A stretch of 64,000 bases of DNA. Source: Schmidtea polychroa. Its lineage: Eukaryota. Within the stretch, counting starts at the first letter, position 1. The number at the start of each line of letters is the position of its first letter. Under the pieces are notes generated by a model, which saw only the letters and a list, made by a program, of their open reading frames with translations, had not been told where the DNA came from and ran no database searches. The DNA lies in contig CM097887.1 in the NCBI GenBank assembly GCA_044892525.1, positions 140,904,397-140,968,396 on the forward strand. Direction: 5' to 3'. Positions 1 through 12,920 of this stretch are shown here, piece after piece. Made by a program: the position numbers and the translations under genes.

Positions 1-335
1 AATTAAAAATAATACAAATAAATTCATCTGGTCTGTTTTCATTTCGAATTTCCTTTATCTTCACTTAGTTTTCAATTCTTGATCAGTGTTAAAAATTGTT
101 CTATTTTGTCGAAAACTAATTGAAGATGAGAAATTAGAAATCACTAACATAAAATTAACTATTAAACAATTGGTAAATTATGTTTTCATTCTGATCAAAA
201 AATAAAACAAAAGATTTGTTGGGTTTTACTAATAAATGTCCATGTAGGATTTGGTTTTTGGACTCCGCGTGTCCCTTGACTTAAACAAGAGAAAACAAAA
301 TAATAGCAAAGTTCATTGGCTTTCATATAATAAAT

Positions 336-858
336 TGTTGGGTTATGGGTTGGTGATAAAATTTGCGAAGTTAAAATTCTTACTCTGACTCCAAGTGTGT
401 CTTTGACTGACCAACAAATAACACTTGACAACAGAAATCTTTATTGATAATCACAAATAATTATCACTTTACACTGGCAATCGATTCAACACTCTGCTCG
501 GTTACTATACAATTAGGAGCTGCTAACACATCTTCTAAATTATTTTTTAAATCCGGTCCTAATTCCAATTATTTATTAAAATGAAATATTGCATAATTTC
601 CAAAAAAATTTTCAACGTTGAATAAAATATTTCAAAAACCATTTATTAAAATTTCGATATTTAAAATATATTTATTTAAAAATAATTTACTAATAAAAGC
701 TTGTTTAATTAAAAAATTTTAAAATTTTAAAATTACAATTTAAAAAATCCAATTTAAAAATGTTTTTAAAGGTAATTTCAAATAGTCAATTATTTATCAT
801 TTAAAATTATCTTAATAAATTATTGAAATATTTAATTCTCAGCTGAAAACACCTCACA
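336..858 (-). mobile_element. 3' LTR of a Ty3/Gypsy element (about 520 bp)
   Basis: On the minus strand the integrase ORF ends in a purine tract (AAAGAAGCGGGA) immediately followed by TGTGAGG at 858. There is a downstream AATAAA and a candidate ...CCCAACA end at 336. Bases 858-515 recur inverted at 47148-47488. Confidence 0.75.
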
Positions 859-1500
859 TCCCGCTTCTTTAAGCAATTTCTTCATCTTTTCAACATTTCT
901 TTGAACCATTTTCCCACTTTGGTCTTGTAACAGATATCGGCGATCATGGATCTTCTGCATTATTCTGTATGGCCCTTCGTATCTTTTCTTGTCTTTCGTT
1001 CTTGATTCGACTTTTACCAGAACCTCATCTCCAATATTGAATGATCTTTTTGTTTGCGTTGTTTCTTGTGTGTCTTCGTTTTGTGAAATCGGCGCTTTAC
1101 TATGAAATTGTTCTCGAGCTATTTTTCTTCCAAATATTACTTCTGTGGGACTTTGCCCAATTGATTTCTGAAATGTTGCAATCATGGTAAATTCAATCTC
1201 TCCTATGATCTCTGCCCAATCTGCTCTACTTTTTTCTTTTAATGATGCATTTATATAATCTGTTATTGTTCTGAATTGACGTTCTATCACACCATTTGTA
1301 TTATGGTGGTATGGACTTGAAAAGCATAGTGTAATTTCCGTTGATTTTGTAAAATTTTTCATCGTATTAGATTTAAATACTTTTCCACAGTCTGTGTGAA
1401 TTTCCTTTGGTGCTCCAAATCTAAGAATCCAAGCAGAATCCACGTAATCAGTTAATTCATTTATCCGGAGATCTTGTAGAGAACCAGTTTGAGACGAATA
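832..1500 (-). pseudogene. Ty3/Gypsy integrase C-terminal half (5' truncated)
   Basis: ORF 832-1443 has WILRFGAPKEIHTDCGKVF, SPYHHNTNGVIERQFRT, SPTEVIFG and a GPY/F motif (YEGPYRI). It runs into the PPT/LTR. Confidence 0.9.
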
Positions 1501-2512
1501 TTTGGGAGAATATAAATTTTTACTTTTTGTTCATTTGTATGTATCCAGTGCTTTTTTTCTGGAAAAGAAGGTCCCGGAACGTATCTGTAGTATTATTACT
1601 CTAGCATTACTAAACGTATCTGTGTTATTACTATTATATAATATAATAGTAATAACACATAGGAAGCAGGAGTTTTCTTTTTATTCGGAACTATTCAATT
1701 TGATATAATTTAATAATTTACTTTTACAACCTCAGCAGAATATATTAAAATGTACTCGTTAATTATCATAACATTTAAAATTATTGATATTAATTATTTA
1801 TATAAACATTACTTAAATCGTGAATTTTAAATTCACTTTTTCACTTGAAAAAGGTAGTGTCGAAAATTCGTAAATATAAAAAATTACATATTTACTGATT
1901 GTCAAGCTTTTTAATAAATACAATGTCAATTGAATTAAATCAGTAAAATTTATGTGTAAGACATTTAGGAAAAAAGCTGCGAATATGGATAAAATAGTTT
2001 TTTTTAATTTTTGTAATCATCTTTCTCCAGCTCATTTTCAATTTTCACTTTGTCATTTTCTGAAATTCTATGAAAATATTATTTTTTTAAAATAAGTTAT
2101 TAAAATTTACGATTTTCGAATTTTTTTCTTCAATTCCAAAGATGTCCATGGAACTTGTTGAATATCTTCACACAAAGGCGTTTGACTAGAAATATCTGAT
2201 ATGCTATAAAATATTTTAATTATTTGTAATTAAATGAAAAAATTCTTAGATCTTACCCTTCGCAAAATGGAAGTGTTTCCAAAGAAATCTAAAGAAATAT
2301 TAACTTCAAAAATATTTTATAAATAGATCTTACGATGTTTTGTCGTCCTTTTCTCGAAAACTCAAAGTTGAGTTGTCCGATTCAAAATCCAAATTTTTTC
2401 AGCCATGAATTTTAATAATTTAAAATTAATGATATGTTAACAGTGTGTTAATTACTTTCTACTTTCGGAACATTAAATTTTAGCACACAGATAAGTTTGT
2501 GTGTTCCTATAT

Positions 2513-2761
2513 CAGTGGTGGCCAACCCAAATCAATCGAAGAGCCAATTTTTCGGAAAAATACTATCACGGGCCACAATAAATTCATTTAAATAAATATA
2601 ACTCGTTTTTACGATTCAAGTAAACTTAGAATCAATTTTTTAAATTAAAAACATGCTTAATTCGAATATGAATTTTAAAAAATACAATTATTGATTTGAT
2701 GTTTGAAATTGTGTCCGGGCCACATCAAAACGCTTCGCGGGCCACCGGTTGGCCATGGCTG
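2513..2761. mobile_element. hAT-type MITE (249 bp)
   Basis: TIRs CAGTGGTGGCCAACC / GGTTGGCCATGGCTG, with a perfect 8-bp TSD TCCTATAT at 2505-2512 and 2762-2769. Confidence 0.9.
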
Positions 2762-3764
2762 TCCTATATTATAATTTTATCGATTTTTTTTAAGATTATA
2801 GAAACTTTTCTATTCTGGATTTAAGTGTATATGTCTGTGTGGTGTGGTGTGTGTAGATGATAATGGAAAGCACAGAAAACATTACGAAACACGTAAGATC
2901 GAAGAAACATTAAGATAGGAATATATAGATTTGTGCGATGTACAGGGTTTTTCTAGATATTGAAATGAATGGTAAAATTTTGTTGGAAAAATGTGGGATA
3001 ACTAAAATTAAACAGAACAAACAAAATCGCCAAGACACAAAATACAAAAAAGACAGTTAATGAAAAGGCCTGATTAAAATGTGGGCTGTTGCAGTATATA
3101 ACTACATTAGTAAAGAATGTAATCGTAGTGCGAAAATTTTTGCGCATTACCGATAAAGAAACTCCAACGATTAATAACAAGGGCACCATCACATTAACCA
3201 ATATCTATTTCATAAGCCATTCTCTAAGATGTCCGGATCTTATAGTCTTAGCAATGATAACCTTTTTTACAATCAAGACATCCCTTTGGGCATCGACATT
3301 ATGATATTAATGTTACCAGTTAAACATCTAATTCCAAACTCCGCATCAAGGCGGACAACACTAAATAACCTTTTCCCTTTATTGTTTACATTTACTTTCC
3401 CATCAACTAATCAGGTTAACCTAACCTTTATACCGATAATAAAATTTGACGATAAAAACATTAGAGGATTAATGAAATTATAACTAGCAAATGAAGCAAA
3501 GTATTTAGCATTAGATGGAGTTTATTACCTAATTTTACTGCATTCTCAAACAATCAAGTGAATTTGGAGTTCACTAAACCATTAAAGTTACATAAAATTA
3601 ATGGGAGCTGTACATGAGAATAAAAAAATGTATTCATAAGTAACAAAGCGAGATATTATTCATAATAAAAATGCAAATAGAATTATATTTAATATTGATA
3701 ATGAATCTCAGCGAAATTGAAATGCCCATTTAAATTATTGATAAATTGATAATATATAAAAAAG

Positions 3765-3968
3765 AAAGTTAATGACGTTTACTGATCCATTGCACAATGC
3801 CATTTGATCACCATGGTGACATTATGCATATGCAAGTGACGTCCAATGCCAAATTTACTTTTTTATACGACCTTTTCTTCTACACCTGACTTCAGTTGTA
3901 ATTGAGTTCAAACATAATGAAACCATGGATTGGACACTTGAAACAACCGAATTAGTAATTCCGATAGA
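3765..3968 (+). repeat. Locally duplicated block B (just 3' of FAU); copies at about 12705-12857 and 17726-17885
   Basis: Shared sequence such as GGTGACATTATGCAT...GTGACGTCCAATG.CAAATTTACTTTTTTATACGAC...TTCAAACATAATG in all three places. Confidence 0.9.
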
Positions 3969-4104
3969 ACAATATTTAATATTAGATTTATGCAAATTTT
4001 TATGTCGAATTACTTCTATTAAAAATAATAAAAATATTATAAAAAATCACATTAGAGAAAATATTTGAATAGAATTAAGAAAATCCAAAAAATTATTTAT
4101 TCAA

Positions 4105-4503
4105 TCACTTTACATTTGAATTAGGTCCCTTCTTTCTACCTTGAGTAGTGACGACATTTACAAATCGTTTGTTATATTGCATACGTCTCTTTGCTCTTCC
4201 ACATGGTTTTTTCCTTTTTTCTTGTTTCTCAACTTTTGGTGTTTGATTTTTAACTTTACCAGCACGAGCTAAAGAACCGTGAACTTTACCTCCCTCAAGT
4301 GGTACTTCAATATCAATGGTGGCACAATCACCTAATGATGACAAAACTGTTTTATTGTCAAGAACATTTCCACTAGATAAACATTTAATTTTAAAAAGTG
4401 GAAGTTGATCTTTTTTGGCCAATAATATTTTTAAATCGGCAACATTTTCATCCTCAGTACATTCGTAGTTAAAACTTTCAACGCTATTAATGACAAGTTT
4501 CAT
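4105..4503 (-). CDS. FAU: FUBI (ubiquitin-like)-40S ribosomal protein eS30 fusion, 132 aa
   Basis: Ubiquitin-like N-terminus ending LEGG, followed by [24 protein letters not shown]...[17 protein letters not shown]...KGPNSN (canonical S30). Probable 50-nt 5'UTR intron at 4504-4553 (GTAATG...TTTTAG|ATG). Confidence 0.97.
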   Translation of the reverse strand: MKLVINSVESFNYECTEDENVADLKILLAKKDQLPLFKIKCLSSGNVLDNKTVLSSLGDCATIDIEVPLEGGKVHGSLARAGKVKNQTPKVEKQEKRKKPCGRAKRRMQYNKRFVNVVTTQGRKKGPNSNVK

Positions 4504-6143
4504 CTAAAAAATATATATAATTACAACTTTAAAAATTAATTTAAGAACATTACTTTTGAAATTTTTAATATAACTTTTCTTTCGTAATTTAAACAAATTT
4601 TTTAGTTAAAAGAAGATATTATAAAAAATTTTATTTTAAATCTAAATTTAAATTATAAAAATGTATGTACGTTAAAATCATAGATTTTTTATTCAAGTTG
4701 AATATATCTTATAATAAATTTTTGAAAATAAGTTTTTTCAATATTTATTATTTTGGTAAATTATCAATTTCTTGAAGTTTGATTTAAATAACATTCAATT
4801 ACATTTTTAAAGTTAAAGACTTTTAATAACTCACAAAATTTCATTAAAATTTTTGTAAATACTATTAAAAAGAATAAAATATAATTAACTTTAAACGATT
4901 TTTTTTAAACTTTTGTGTAGAAATACAAAAATTAAAAAATTATATTTGAAAATAATCTATAAATAATCTATAACTGAAATTTCTAAATGTGGTTTTTAAT
5001 AAAATTTCATAAAATAAGTTGAAAAAATAGTGTTTTCAATTTGTTTTAATGCATCAATAATAGGCACACTTCTAACTGGATATAAAAAAATTAACATCAA
5101 GTGACTCAAAGAAAATAGGAGACATTTCATGAAATAATTAAAAATGTTTAATAAAATCAACTATCACAGCAAATTATAACTACTAATATAATAATAATTG
5201 GAATTACCGAAAAATAAATATGTAAATTCACCAAGTTAAGTCAAAATGCATCAAACCGCTTGTGACCATATATACTTGTGGACATTAAAACAAAAGTATG
5301 TTACAAGAATATTAAAGTTTTTGAGATATTAATAGAATATTGGTAAGAAATTTGATCGGGTTTGAATCATATACTCAGTTCAATCATTTTTACAAGAATC
5401 TCATGGGTAGAATTTCAAAAGATATTCCTTCTTCATAATTTTAAATTACAATCTGTTGGGATTTGTGATCAGTATGTACAAAAATAGTACAAAGTCGAGC
5501 AAAAATCAAAAACACTGATAAAACATCAATTAAGCACGATAAAAGAAATTAAATACATCAAAATGACGAAACATAAAAGTAAAATAAATTGAATGACAAA
5601 AGCAAGAAATATTGCATGAAATAAGTATAAATATAACACAAATAAATAATAAGACGTACACAAATTCGAATTTAATTAAAATCATGGCAATGAGTACCAA
5701 CAATAGGAGCTACAAATGCGGTGGGGTCACAAATCATTTTGACGAAAAACACATTTCACTCAAATGATGCGTCTAGTTGCCGCATAATCACTTTAAAATT
5801 TGTATTGTATTGGCTATGGAAATTGCAGGGGAAATGTTCTGCCCAAACCGTCAAAAGAACGAAAGTGTTGTCAAGCCGTCAGAGATGGTAATGTTGTTGA
5901 AATAATAAATTAATTTTTGTTTTAGTTAAATGGAAATATGAATTTAACGTCAATTGTTTGTAATATGAAATTGACGACGAGCTGAGGAGCCAACGAAACG
6001 TTTGAGATCTCGGACCCCTGGAAGATATCGACAATATTAATTAGACAGTTCTTATCTTAGGGAATATGTGAATATTGATACAATAATGACTTGAATCTCG
6101 TCGGTATCTGATTGCCTGAATGGAGAATGATGGAGCATGTTTT

Positions 6144-6234
6144 GGTTTGGTTAACAGCTCATTTAGGGTATTATTATTACTATTATTATTTCTACAGTTC
6201 TCGCCACCATTCGTTTTCTCTGATAATCATTGCC

Positions 6235-6294
<60 letters not shown>

Positions 6295-6358
6295 GTGAAG
6301 TTCAAGATGCTATATCACTAGAAGCTTGAAGAACCCGAAAGAGTCACCGTTTAGAAAA
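6144..6358 (+). repeat. Locally duplicated block C containing an (ATT)n microsatellite; copy at about 12857-12985
   Basis: GCCACCATTCGTTTTCTCTGATAATCATTGCC-(ATT)n-GTGAAGTTCAAGATGCTATATCACTAGAAGCTTGAAGAACCCGAAAGAGTCACCGTT in both places. The ATT tract is longer here. Confidence 0.92.
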
Positions 6359-7107
6359 ATATTGTAGCGGCATAATCGGGGTGCGTGAATGTATTGTTTT
6401 GTATAACCAGAAAAGAAAGGGGAATAATAAAAATAATATAATATAATGGAACAATTAATTACTACAATTATTATTACAATTAATTATTAATTATTAAAAT
6501 CAACTAATTAATCAAACTTAATGTATCTTAAGTTTGTTTAGGATAGTCCTTGCTATTCGATGAATATTGGTGGATATTAACTTTGAATTGAATATTCTTG
6601 GTTATTTGATGGATATGGTTTATATTAAATTTGAATGATATTCTATAATTTTTACAAATCTTGTTGTTTTAATGTTATTGTTTATTTTCCTTTTCTATCA
6701 ATTTTCTATAGCGATAATTTATCTTCGCTATATAGTTTTTTTAATAAAAAAATAAATAAAAAACAAATTTTTCTCCACGTGCAACGTGTGAGATTGTAGT
6801 TTACATTTAAACCATATAACTAACAAATAAAAAAAATAAGATATTACAATACATTACAATTATTATTATTATTTTTATTATCGTTGTTAGTAGCAATATT
6901 ATCAATATTGTTGACGTTAGAAATTGATGGGGACGAATGCATAACTATAAAGGAAAACGATGATTGACACTGTTGAACTAATCTAGGGAAGAATTTTCTC
7001 GTGAATTAATCGAGGGCCGTAAGGGACCAAACTATACGATAGCCGATTAAATTTTATGAAATTAAAAATTATGGCGATTTTAGATCGAATCCATAGAGTT
7101 TCCGTCG

Positions 7108-7345
7108 TCAATGTTCTGATGGGTCACAGGTAAGCATACATTTTACCCATTCGTGCTGTTTCCTGTGTAACTCAAAATACAAGTAATTGCTTTCTCCGCT
7201 TGACACTCGTTAAGCGATCAACGTTGGTACTGTATCAAGAGGGTGAGTGTTCTCAAAAAGTGAGCACTATAATTGCACTATAATTGTCGGGCACTCCTTG
7301 GGTTCACGGACTATCAATAGAAGATGTGTCCGATTTGTTCTGATG
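7108..7345 (-). pseudogene. Unannotated cassette ORF-C, copy 1 (decayed)
   Basis: Frame reads NRTHLLLIVREPKECPTIIVQL*CSLFENTHPLDTVPTLIA*RVSSGESNYLYFELHRKQHEWVKCMLTCDP. It aligns with 31262-31040 with several synonymous differences. Confidence 0.7.
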
Positions 7346-7479
7346 CCTTAATTTAATTGTTTCCCAAATCATATAAACACTCTCACAATCTCATCAAACG
7401 GACATCAAACATGCTTGGAATTTAAACAATTCTATCGAGATCTTTATTAGAATCTTTACATACGTATATATAAGTCGCA

Positions 7480-7912
7480 TTAAGCTTGAGATAATTCTTG
7501 ACCGACCAGGCGCTCCTGTTCGGCTAACCGGAGTCTCTTCAATCGTTCTCTCCCATCTCGGCCTAACCTGTTGCGTTTCGATTTTTCTGGCTTGGGTGCA
7601 TGGATTTCGTCCAACTCCATGGACATGGGTCGAATGGCTACAGCAACGTGAGTATCGATGATCATCTGACTCAGATGAGTTTCCAGCGCTCGGACTTGTA
7701 GCTTCAACTAGTGATTTTCCGTTTGGTCCTGCGCGCTTTGGAACTGCAATTGCTCAATTTGTCGGATACGCTTTTCATGTCTTTAGGGCTAAACCAGGTG
7801 CTTTTCAGTTCTCTGCGCCGCCCCTTGAATTTCGTGACTCTAGCCCGTAGCCCATCCACTTGTTGTTGGGCTTGTTCCCGGTCATTTCGTAAATTCTCTA
7901 GGAGTCTGAACA
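7480..7912 (-). pseudogene. Unannotated cassette ORF-B (coiled-coil), copy 1, with frameshift and stop
   Basis: DREQAQQQVDGLRARVTKFKGRRRELKSTWF, then (frameshift) KRIRQIEQLQFQSAQDQTENH*LKLQVRALET. Homologous to 31258-31535 and 55166-55509. Confidence 0.8.
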
Positions 7913-8318
7913 CTAGAAAAACAAAAACGATTAAATTGACTCCTTGTCGGTTCTGACTTTTCTCAGCCACAAAAAAATGAAGCTTCATGGTATTTCTTTA
8001 AGGTGGGCCTATCCACAACCCACTCCCAACATATCTCTAGGGTTCATTTAGTCGCGTGTTAACTAACCTGATCTAAACCTACAACCCCAAATCCTTAATG
8101 CTTAAAACTGAATTACTTATAAATATCAACGATTAACATTATAAGTCTGGAATAAGACATTTATACTAAAACGTATCATAATTATCAAACTAAAACAAAA
8201 TGAACACGCGGTGCGTACACCTACCAATCGTCATCACGCCGATGTCCAATATATTTGGAAGAAACTCAAAACATTTGAATATTGCATTTTTCAAGGGCTA
8301 GCAAACAAAGGATCGCAG

Positions 8319-8698
8319 CTAATCATCTCGAGGGGCGACGTTCCGAGGTCTTTCGCATTTCCTAGGAGGGGTCGGGTCGACTTCGGCCTCTTCCATTGGT
8401 TTGTCGGCTTCCACGGCCCGAATCTGAGCCTTGATTCGGCGGAGTTTGCGTGTGGCCCCGCAACCTCTGTCTCGGCCTGTGTGCGAGATTCTTCCAGCAG
8501 GTTGTTGTAGGGCCCCTGCTTGACCCAAGCCAGGGTTCCAGGTTCTGTTCCGGTCCGGATGACATGCCCAAGATCCTCCTGACCACCCCGTATTCAATCG
8601 TGGCTGTGATAGCATATCCATCGGGTTCGGAGTCAAGTGAGTGATTAAGATTGTTGTAGTTCTTTGTCTTGTTCCGATTGATCGAATTGGTTAGACAT
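8319..8698 (-). pseudogene. Unannotated cassette ORF-A, copy 1 (stops plus frameshift)
   Basis: LT*LRTRWICYHSHD*IRG...VIRTGTEPGTLAWVKQGPYNNLLEESR, then (frameshift) ATRKLRRIKAQIRAVEADKPMEEAE. Aligns over its whole length with the intact ORF at 31745-32116. Confidence 0.82.
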
Positions 8699-9185
8699 TC
8701 CTTGATAAAGCACATAAATTACGGGACGAATTGAGCCCATTGGACGATACTAGTTGTCAAGATAATAAATCATTTTTAGGGGTTATTGGATAACGAAATT
8801 TATTGTATAATTCCCATAAGTGATATAATAATCAATTAATAAAGGCAGGAATAGAATATTAATAATTCACTCATGATAGGTATATTTTTGGTCATTTGGT
8901 TATTAATAGAATAACAATTAATAAAGTTAGTTGATTTTTATTGCAGTCCTTTATAAGATTATTTCATTCGATAACTACCAATTAGACTCTAATTATTAGA
9001 GTGTACGTGTAGTGTGCTAATTTTACGCCTGGGGTCCTGCCCCTTTTGAGATTCTAATATTATGTGGCATTCACAGATTTCTAATGTCAATTTAAGTGTG
9101 TCATTTATTCGTGCAACAAAATGGTCTTTTAATTACAACTTGCTTACGTTTGTTGCTACTGAGGTCGTGCATCTGAAAAACTTCA

Positions 9186-11104
9186 ATGAATGCGCAGTAC
9201 CTACAAAGACTAAGACAAATTCTTCTATTACAGTATCACGATGGTGCTCTAGGAGGTCATTTATCAAGTAGGAAAACAGCAAGCAGGTTGATGCAAAAAT
9301 ATTATTGGGACGATTTAAAAAAAGATGTTAAGAGATGGTGCAATGCATGCACAATATGCGCAACTAGAAAAAATACAGGAACAAAGACTAAAGCACCTTT
9401 ACATCCAATCCCAGCTACAACATCACCAATGGAACTGTGCGCAATGGATTTTTTGTGTAAACTACCCACAACAATTAATGGGAATAAACACATACTAGTT
9501 TTTAGCGATTATTTTACAAAATGGGCAGAGGCATTTCCTACTAAAGATGAAACAGCAGAAACAGTAGCCAAATTACTTGTAGAAAAAATAATCTTTAAAA
9601 TCGGTACACCGAGGAAAATATTAACAGATAAAGGGAAAAACTTCATGAGTGAAACTATAAAAAGAGTAGCTAACATATTTAACATGCATAAAATCAACAC
9701 AACAACATACCACCCTCAAACTGATGGCTTAGTGGAAAGATTCAATGGGACATTGCTAAGTAGATTAGCCGTGTTTGTGGGAAAAAACCAAAATGATTGG
9801 GATGAATACGTTAATAAATGCACATACATTCATAATATCACACCAAATGAGACAACAGGATATTTACCATATTTTTTAATGTTCTTAAGAGAGCCTGCAA
9901 CACCGATTGATACAATTTTTGAACCTCGAGTATCACAATATTTAGATGCGCCAGATTATGTAACATTAATGCAAGAGAGACTACAAGATGTATATAAAGT
10001 TGCAAATTTAAAAGTTAAATTTAGACAAGAACAGTATAAGGCAGATTACGATAAAAATAGCAAACCTCATAATTTCAAAGTGGGAGATAAGGTTAGACTT
10101 ATGTCTCCACAAGTAGGTAAAGGTAAAACAACTAAATTAGCAAGACCATTTAAAGGACAATACGAGGTAGTAAAAGTAGTACATGAAAACCTGCATTTAC
10201 AAAAACATAAAAATGAGGATCCGATAATAGTACATGTTAATAGATGCAAATTAGCAGAAACAGAATTAGTAGAAAAACCACCTCACAAATATGGATTACG
10301 ATCACAAAAAGCACTGATGGTGGCAGCAATATTTTTAACAATTATAGGGTTGTGTAAATCAACTGAAGTAGAAAATGGGAACATACACTCAGTAGAATAC
10401 ATGGCTGAAGATATCTTAATCAACATTTCACCGTATAAGATTAAAGTATATAACTTAAATAAATCACCAATAAGAGACTTGTATCTGGAAACTAGGGACA
10501 ATACACCCAAACTTATGAAAAAAATTGAAAATAGATCAACTAATGAATTTGAAAGAGGAGATAATGTTGAATTCAGATATCTACAACCCAACACTAATTA
10601 CACACTTTGTGCACAATGGAATACATTAGTTGACACATCACAGATAAGGTGCAAAAGAATAAAAACTACTAAAATAAACAGACTTAGAATAAGAAAACCA
10701 AAAAGAAAAAAGATATCAACAACCAGAAAAACAACTACTGTAAATTCAACACCCACACATCCTATATCACAAACGATAACGAATATATATAGGAAAACGA
10801 CATTTAAAGCAGTTAGACAAATATATAAAAAATTAATAATGAAAAATCCAAGACAGTCTGATAGGAAACTGATAAAATTACCTACAGGAAAACCGATAGT
10901 TATAAATAACTGGAACGAATTACAAGTCTTTCAAAAAAGAAAGCAAGTAAACCGCAATGGCCTTTTTATGTAATAGCTACAAGTGTAGTATCATTCGCGA
11001 TTTTAGCAATTGTCACTAGTGTACAAGTTTATAAAAAGTACAAGTGGAAAAGGCAGCGGTATCGGCACCGACTGGTCAAAGAAGCACCAGGGCATTTTCA
11101 CTAG
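9186..11104 (+). mobile_element. Ty3/Gypsy integrase fused to an env-like type I membrane protein (one frameshift near 10935)
   Basis: HHCC zinc finger (HDGALGGH...CTIC), DDE core (MDFLCKLP, LTDKGKNF, TDGLVERFN) and GPY/F-like region. In frame after KYGLRS come a hydrophobic ALMVAAIFLTIIGLCKS, YLQPNTNYTLCAQW (FN3-like) and a T/K-rich stalk. The shifted frame from 10958 gives WPFYVIATSVVSFAILAIVTSVQVY followed by KKYKWKRQRYRHR, with a stop at 11104. Confidence 0.85.
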
Positions 11105-12191
11105 GACAAATATATCCCTGGACAATATACTCTGTCCACACTGGTATAATAACATAAAAAATTTTAATTATGTAAATTGGTCAATGATATATGATAAAAG
11201 TATATATATTAATATTTATATAACTGCGTATAAGGTTAAACCTCAAATGCGCAAAAAGCATAAATATTCATTGTTTGTTTTTAGAATAATAATAAGAAGC
11301 CTATTCAGCCAATCGAATCAACTAAATCAAATCGATCTCCTAATAAACCAATCGAATCAGCCTAATCAAATCGATCATCCAATAACCCAAAGTCAAATCA
11401 GTCAATCGAATCAATCCAATCAAGATAATCGACAAGAAAATAATCATCTCTACCAAATCAATCTTCATACAAACAAATCAATGCACCCACATACGTCAGT
11501 TCACATGCATTCTCAAAGAACAAAACCTCAGCGAAATCCTGAAACTCAGAAAACAAGGCAATATGTGCCGATGTTACAGAAACACTACCACAGTTTCTAT
11601 AAAAACCTGCAAAATAAGATCAGCACAGATGGCACTCCCATTACTATTAGAAGCTTCCCCAACCAAGTATACATTCCTAATGATATGAAAATCGAGATAG
11701 AAGAAAGGGAATTGCATCTTATCAAATTTAACGAAGCAAGAAGAGTCAAATTAAGAGAATTAATCGGGGCATATGACAGATTCCCCAATGCAGAGGAAGC
11801 TGCAAGAACTGGAAAGAAAGTACCCCATAGAATTTTATTTCATATCACAAAAACAGAGGTAGCAATATGCCAACAAAGAATACCAATAATCACCACGAGC
11901 AATTGCACCGTAACAATAAAAACTACAAAAAATGATCGGAGTGTCCCAAACGACTACAATGAATTGATAGTCCAAATGAACAGCCTACCCTGTGTCATAG
12001 CGATCGAAATATTATACATACCCACTATCCCAAATCCATTTCAGCAGTTGGAACTCATCAAGTCAAACATTTATATGCATGGAGATTTCATCAGAAAGAA
12101 AATGTCATTTACCCACAAAGAATTATCCACGGCGGAGAGACATCATCTGATAATGTTTGTAGATGCAAAATTAGTATTTTATCGAAATTAA
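11010..12191 (+). CDS. Accessory ORF downstream of the integrase-env ORF, function unknown (true start probably internal, near 11248 or 11480)
   Basis: 393 open codons in very AT-rich DNA, with a Q/N/S-rich repeat (NQSNQ...) followed by a globular-looking C-terminal 190 aa. No family recognised. Confidence 0.6.
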   Translation: MSLVYKFIKSTSGKGSGIGTDWSKKHQGIFTRTNISLDNILCPHWYNNIKNFNYVNWSMIYDKSIYINIYITAYKVKPQMRKKHKYSLFVFRIIIRSLFSQSNQLNQIDLLINQSNQPNQIDHPITQSQISQSNQSNQDNRQENNHLYQINLHTNKSMHPHTSVHMHSQRTKPQRNPETQKTRQYVPMLQKHYHSFYKNLQNKISTDGTPITIRSFPNQVYIPNDMKIEIEERELHLIKFNEARRVKLRELIGAYDRFPNAEEAARTGKKVPHRILFHITKTEVAICQQRIPIITTSNCTVTIKTTKNDRSVPNDYNELIVQMNSLPCVIAIEILYIPTIPNPFQQLELIKSNIYMHGDFIRKKMSFTHKELSTAERHHLIMFVDAKLVFYRN

Positions 12192-12339
12192 TCATTTATC
12201 GAAAATCCAATTTGTATTCAATAATTAATTTATTATTGATTTTCGTTAATTTTATAATTTTTGGGGTAATATATAAAGGCCAATAAAAATAAATATTAAT
12301 AATTTTATTAAATCAGGAGACAAGTCCTGAAATAATGAT

Positions 12340-12883
12340 AAAAATTAGTAAGAGTTTCTCAGAAAATAGATAATTATTGCAGCAAACTCAGTTGGGAGTA
12401 AACAAATAAAATTATTATTACCCAATAAATTGCTTTTCTCAGAAAAGTATAAAAAGGAACAGCTTGAAAGAGTCGAGAAGAAAACAATATCAGATTCAAG
12501 AATGTTTACAAAAGAGAAAATCCACAATAATTTCACCATCTTTCTGGTTTATAGTCATAAAATGTATTAAAAATACAATAATAAGTCAATAATAATAAAT
12601 ATATTTTTTAAATTATTTTAAATATTTTAATTATCATTATTAAATTATATTATATTTTCGCTGTAATAGTGACATTATGCATAAGCCAAATTCCACACAT
12701 AATGAAGAAAGTAAATGACGTTTACTGATCCATTGCACAATGCCCATGGTGACATTATGCATAAGCCAAGTGACGTCCAATGTCAAATTTACTTTTTTAT
12801 ACGACTTTTTCTTCTACACCTGACTTCAGTTGGAATTGAGTTCAAACATAATGCCACCATTCGTTTTCTCTGATAATCATTGC

Positions 12884-12920
<37 letters not shown>

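Noticed and set aside
2950-3660. Possible gene, or alternative genetic code, in overlapping short ORFs
   Set aside because: No recognisable motif in any frame and no consistent splice model. Genuine genes in the window use the standard code.
6112-6329. ORFs with poly-Ile / poly-Tyr (and poly-Asn / poly-Leu at 33480-33694)
   Set aside because: They are translations of (ATT)n/(AAT)n microsatellites.
12360-12560. FN3-like IIAANSVGS frame in duplicated block A
   Set aside because: The motif is too short, there is an upstream stop, and the second copy has a frameshifting insertion.
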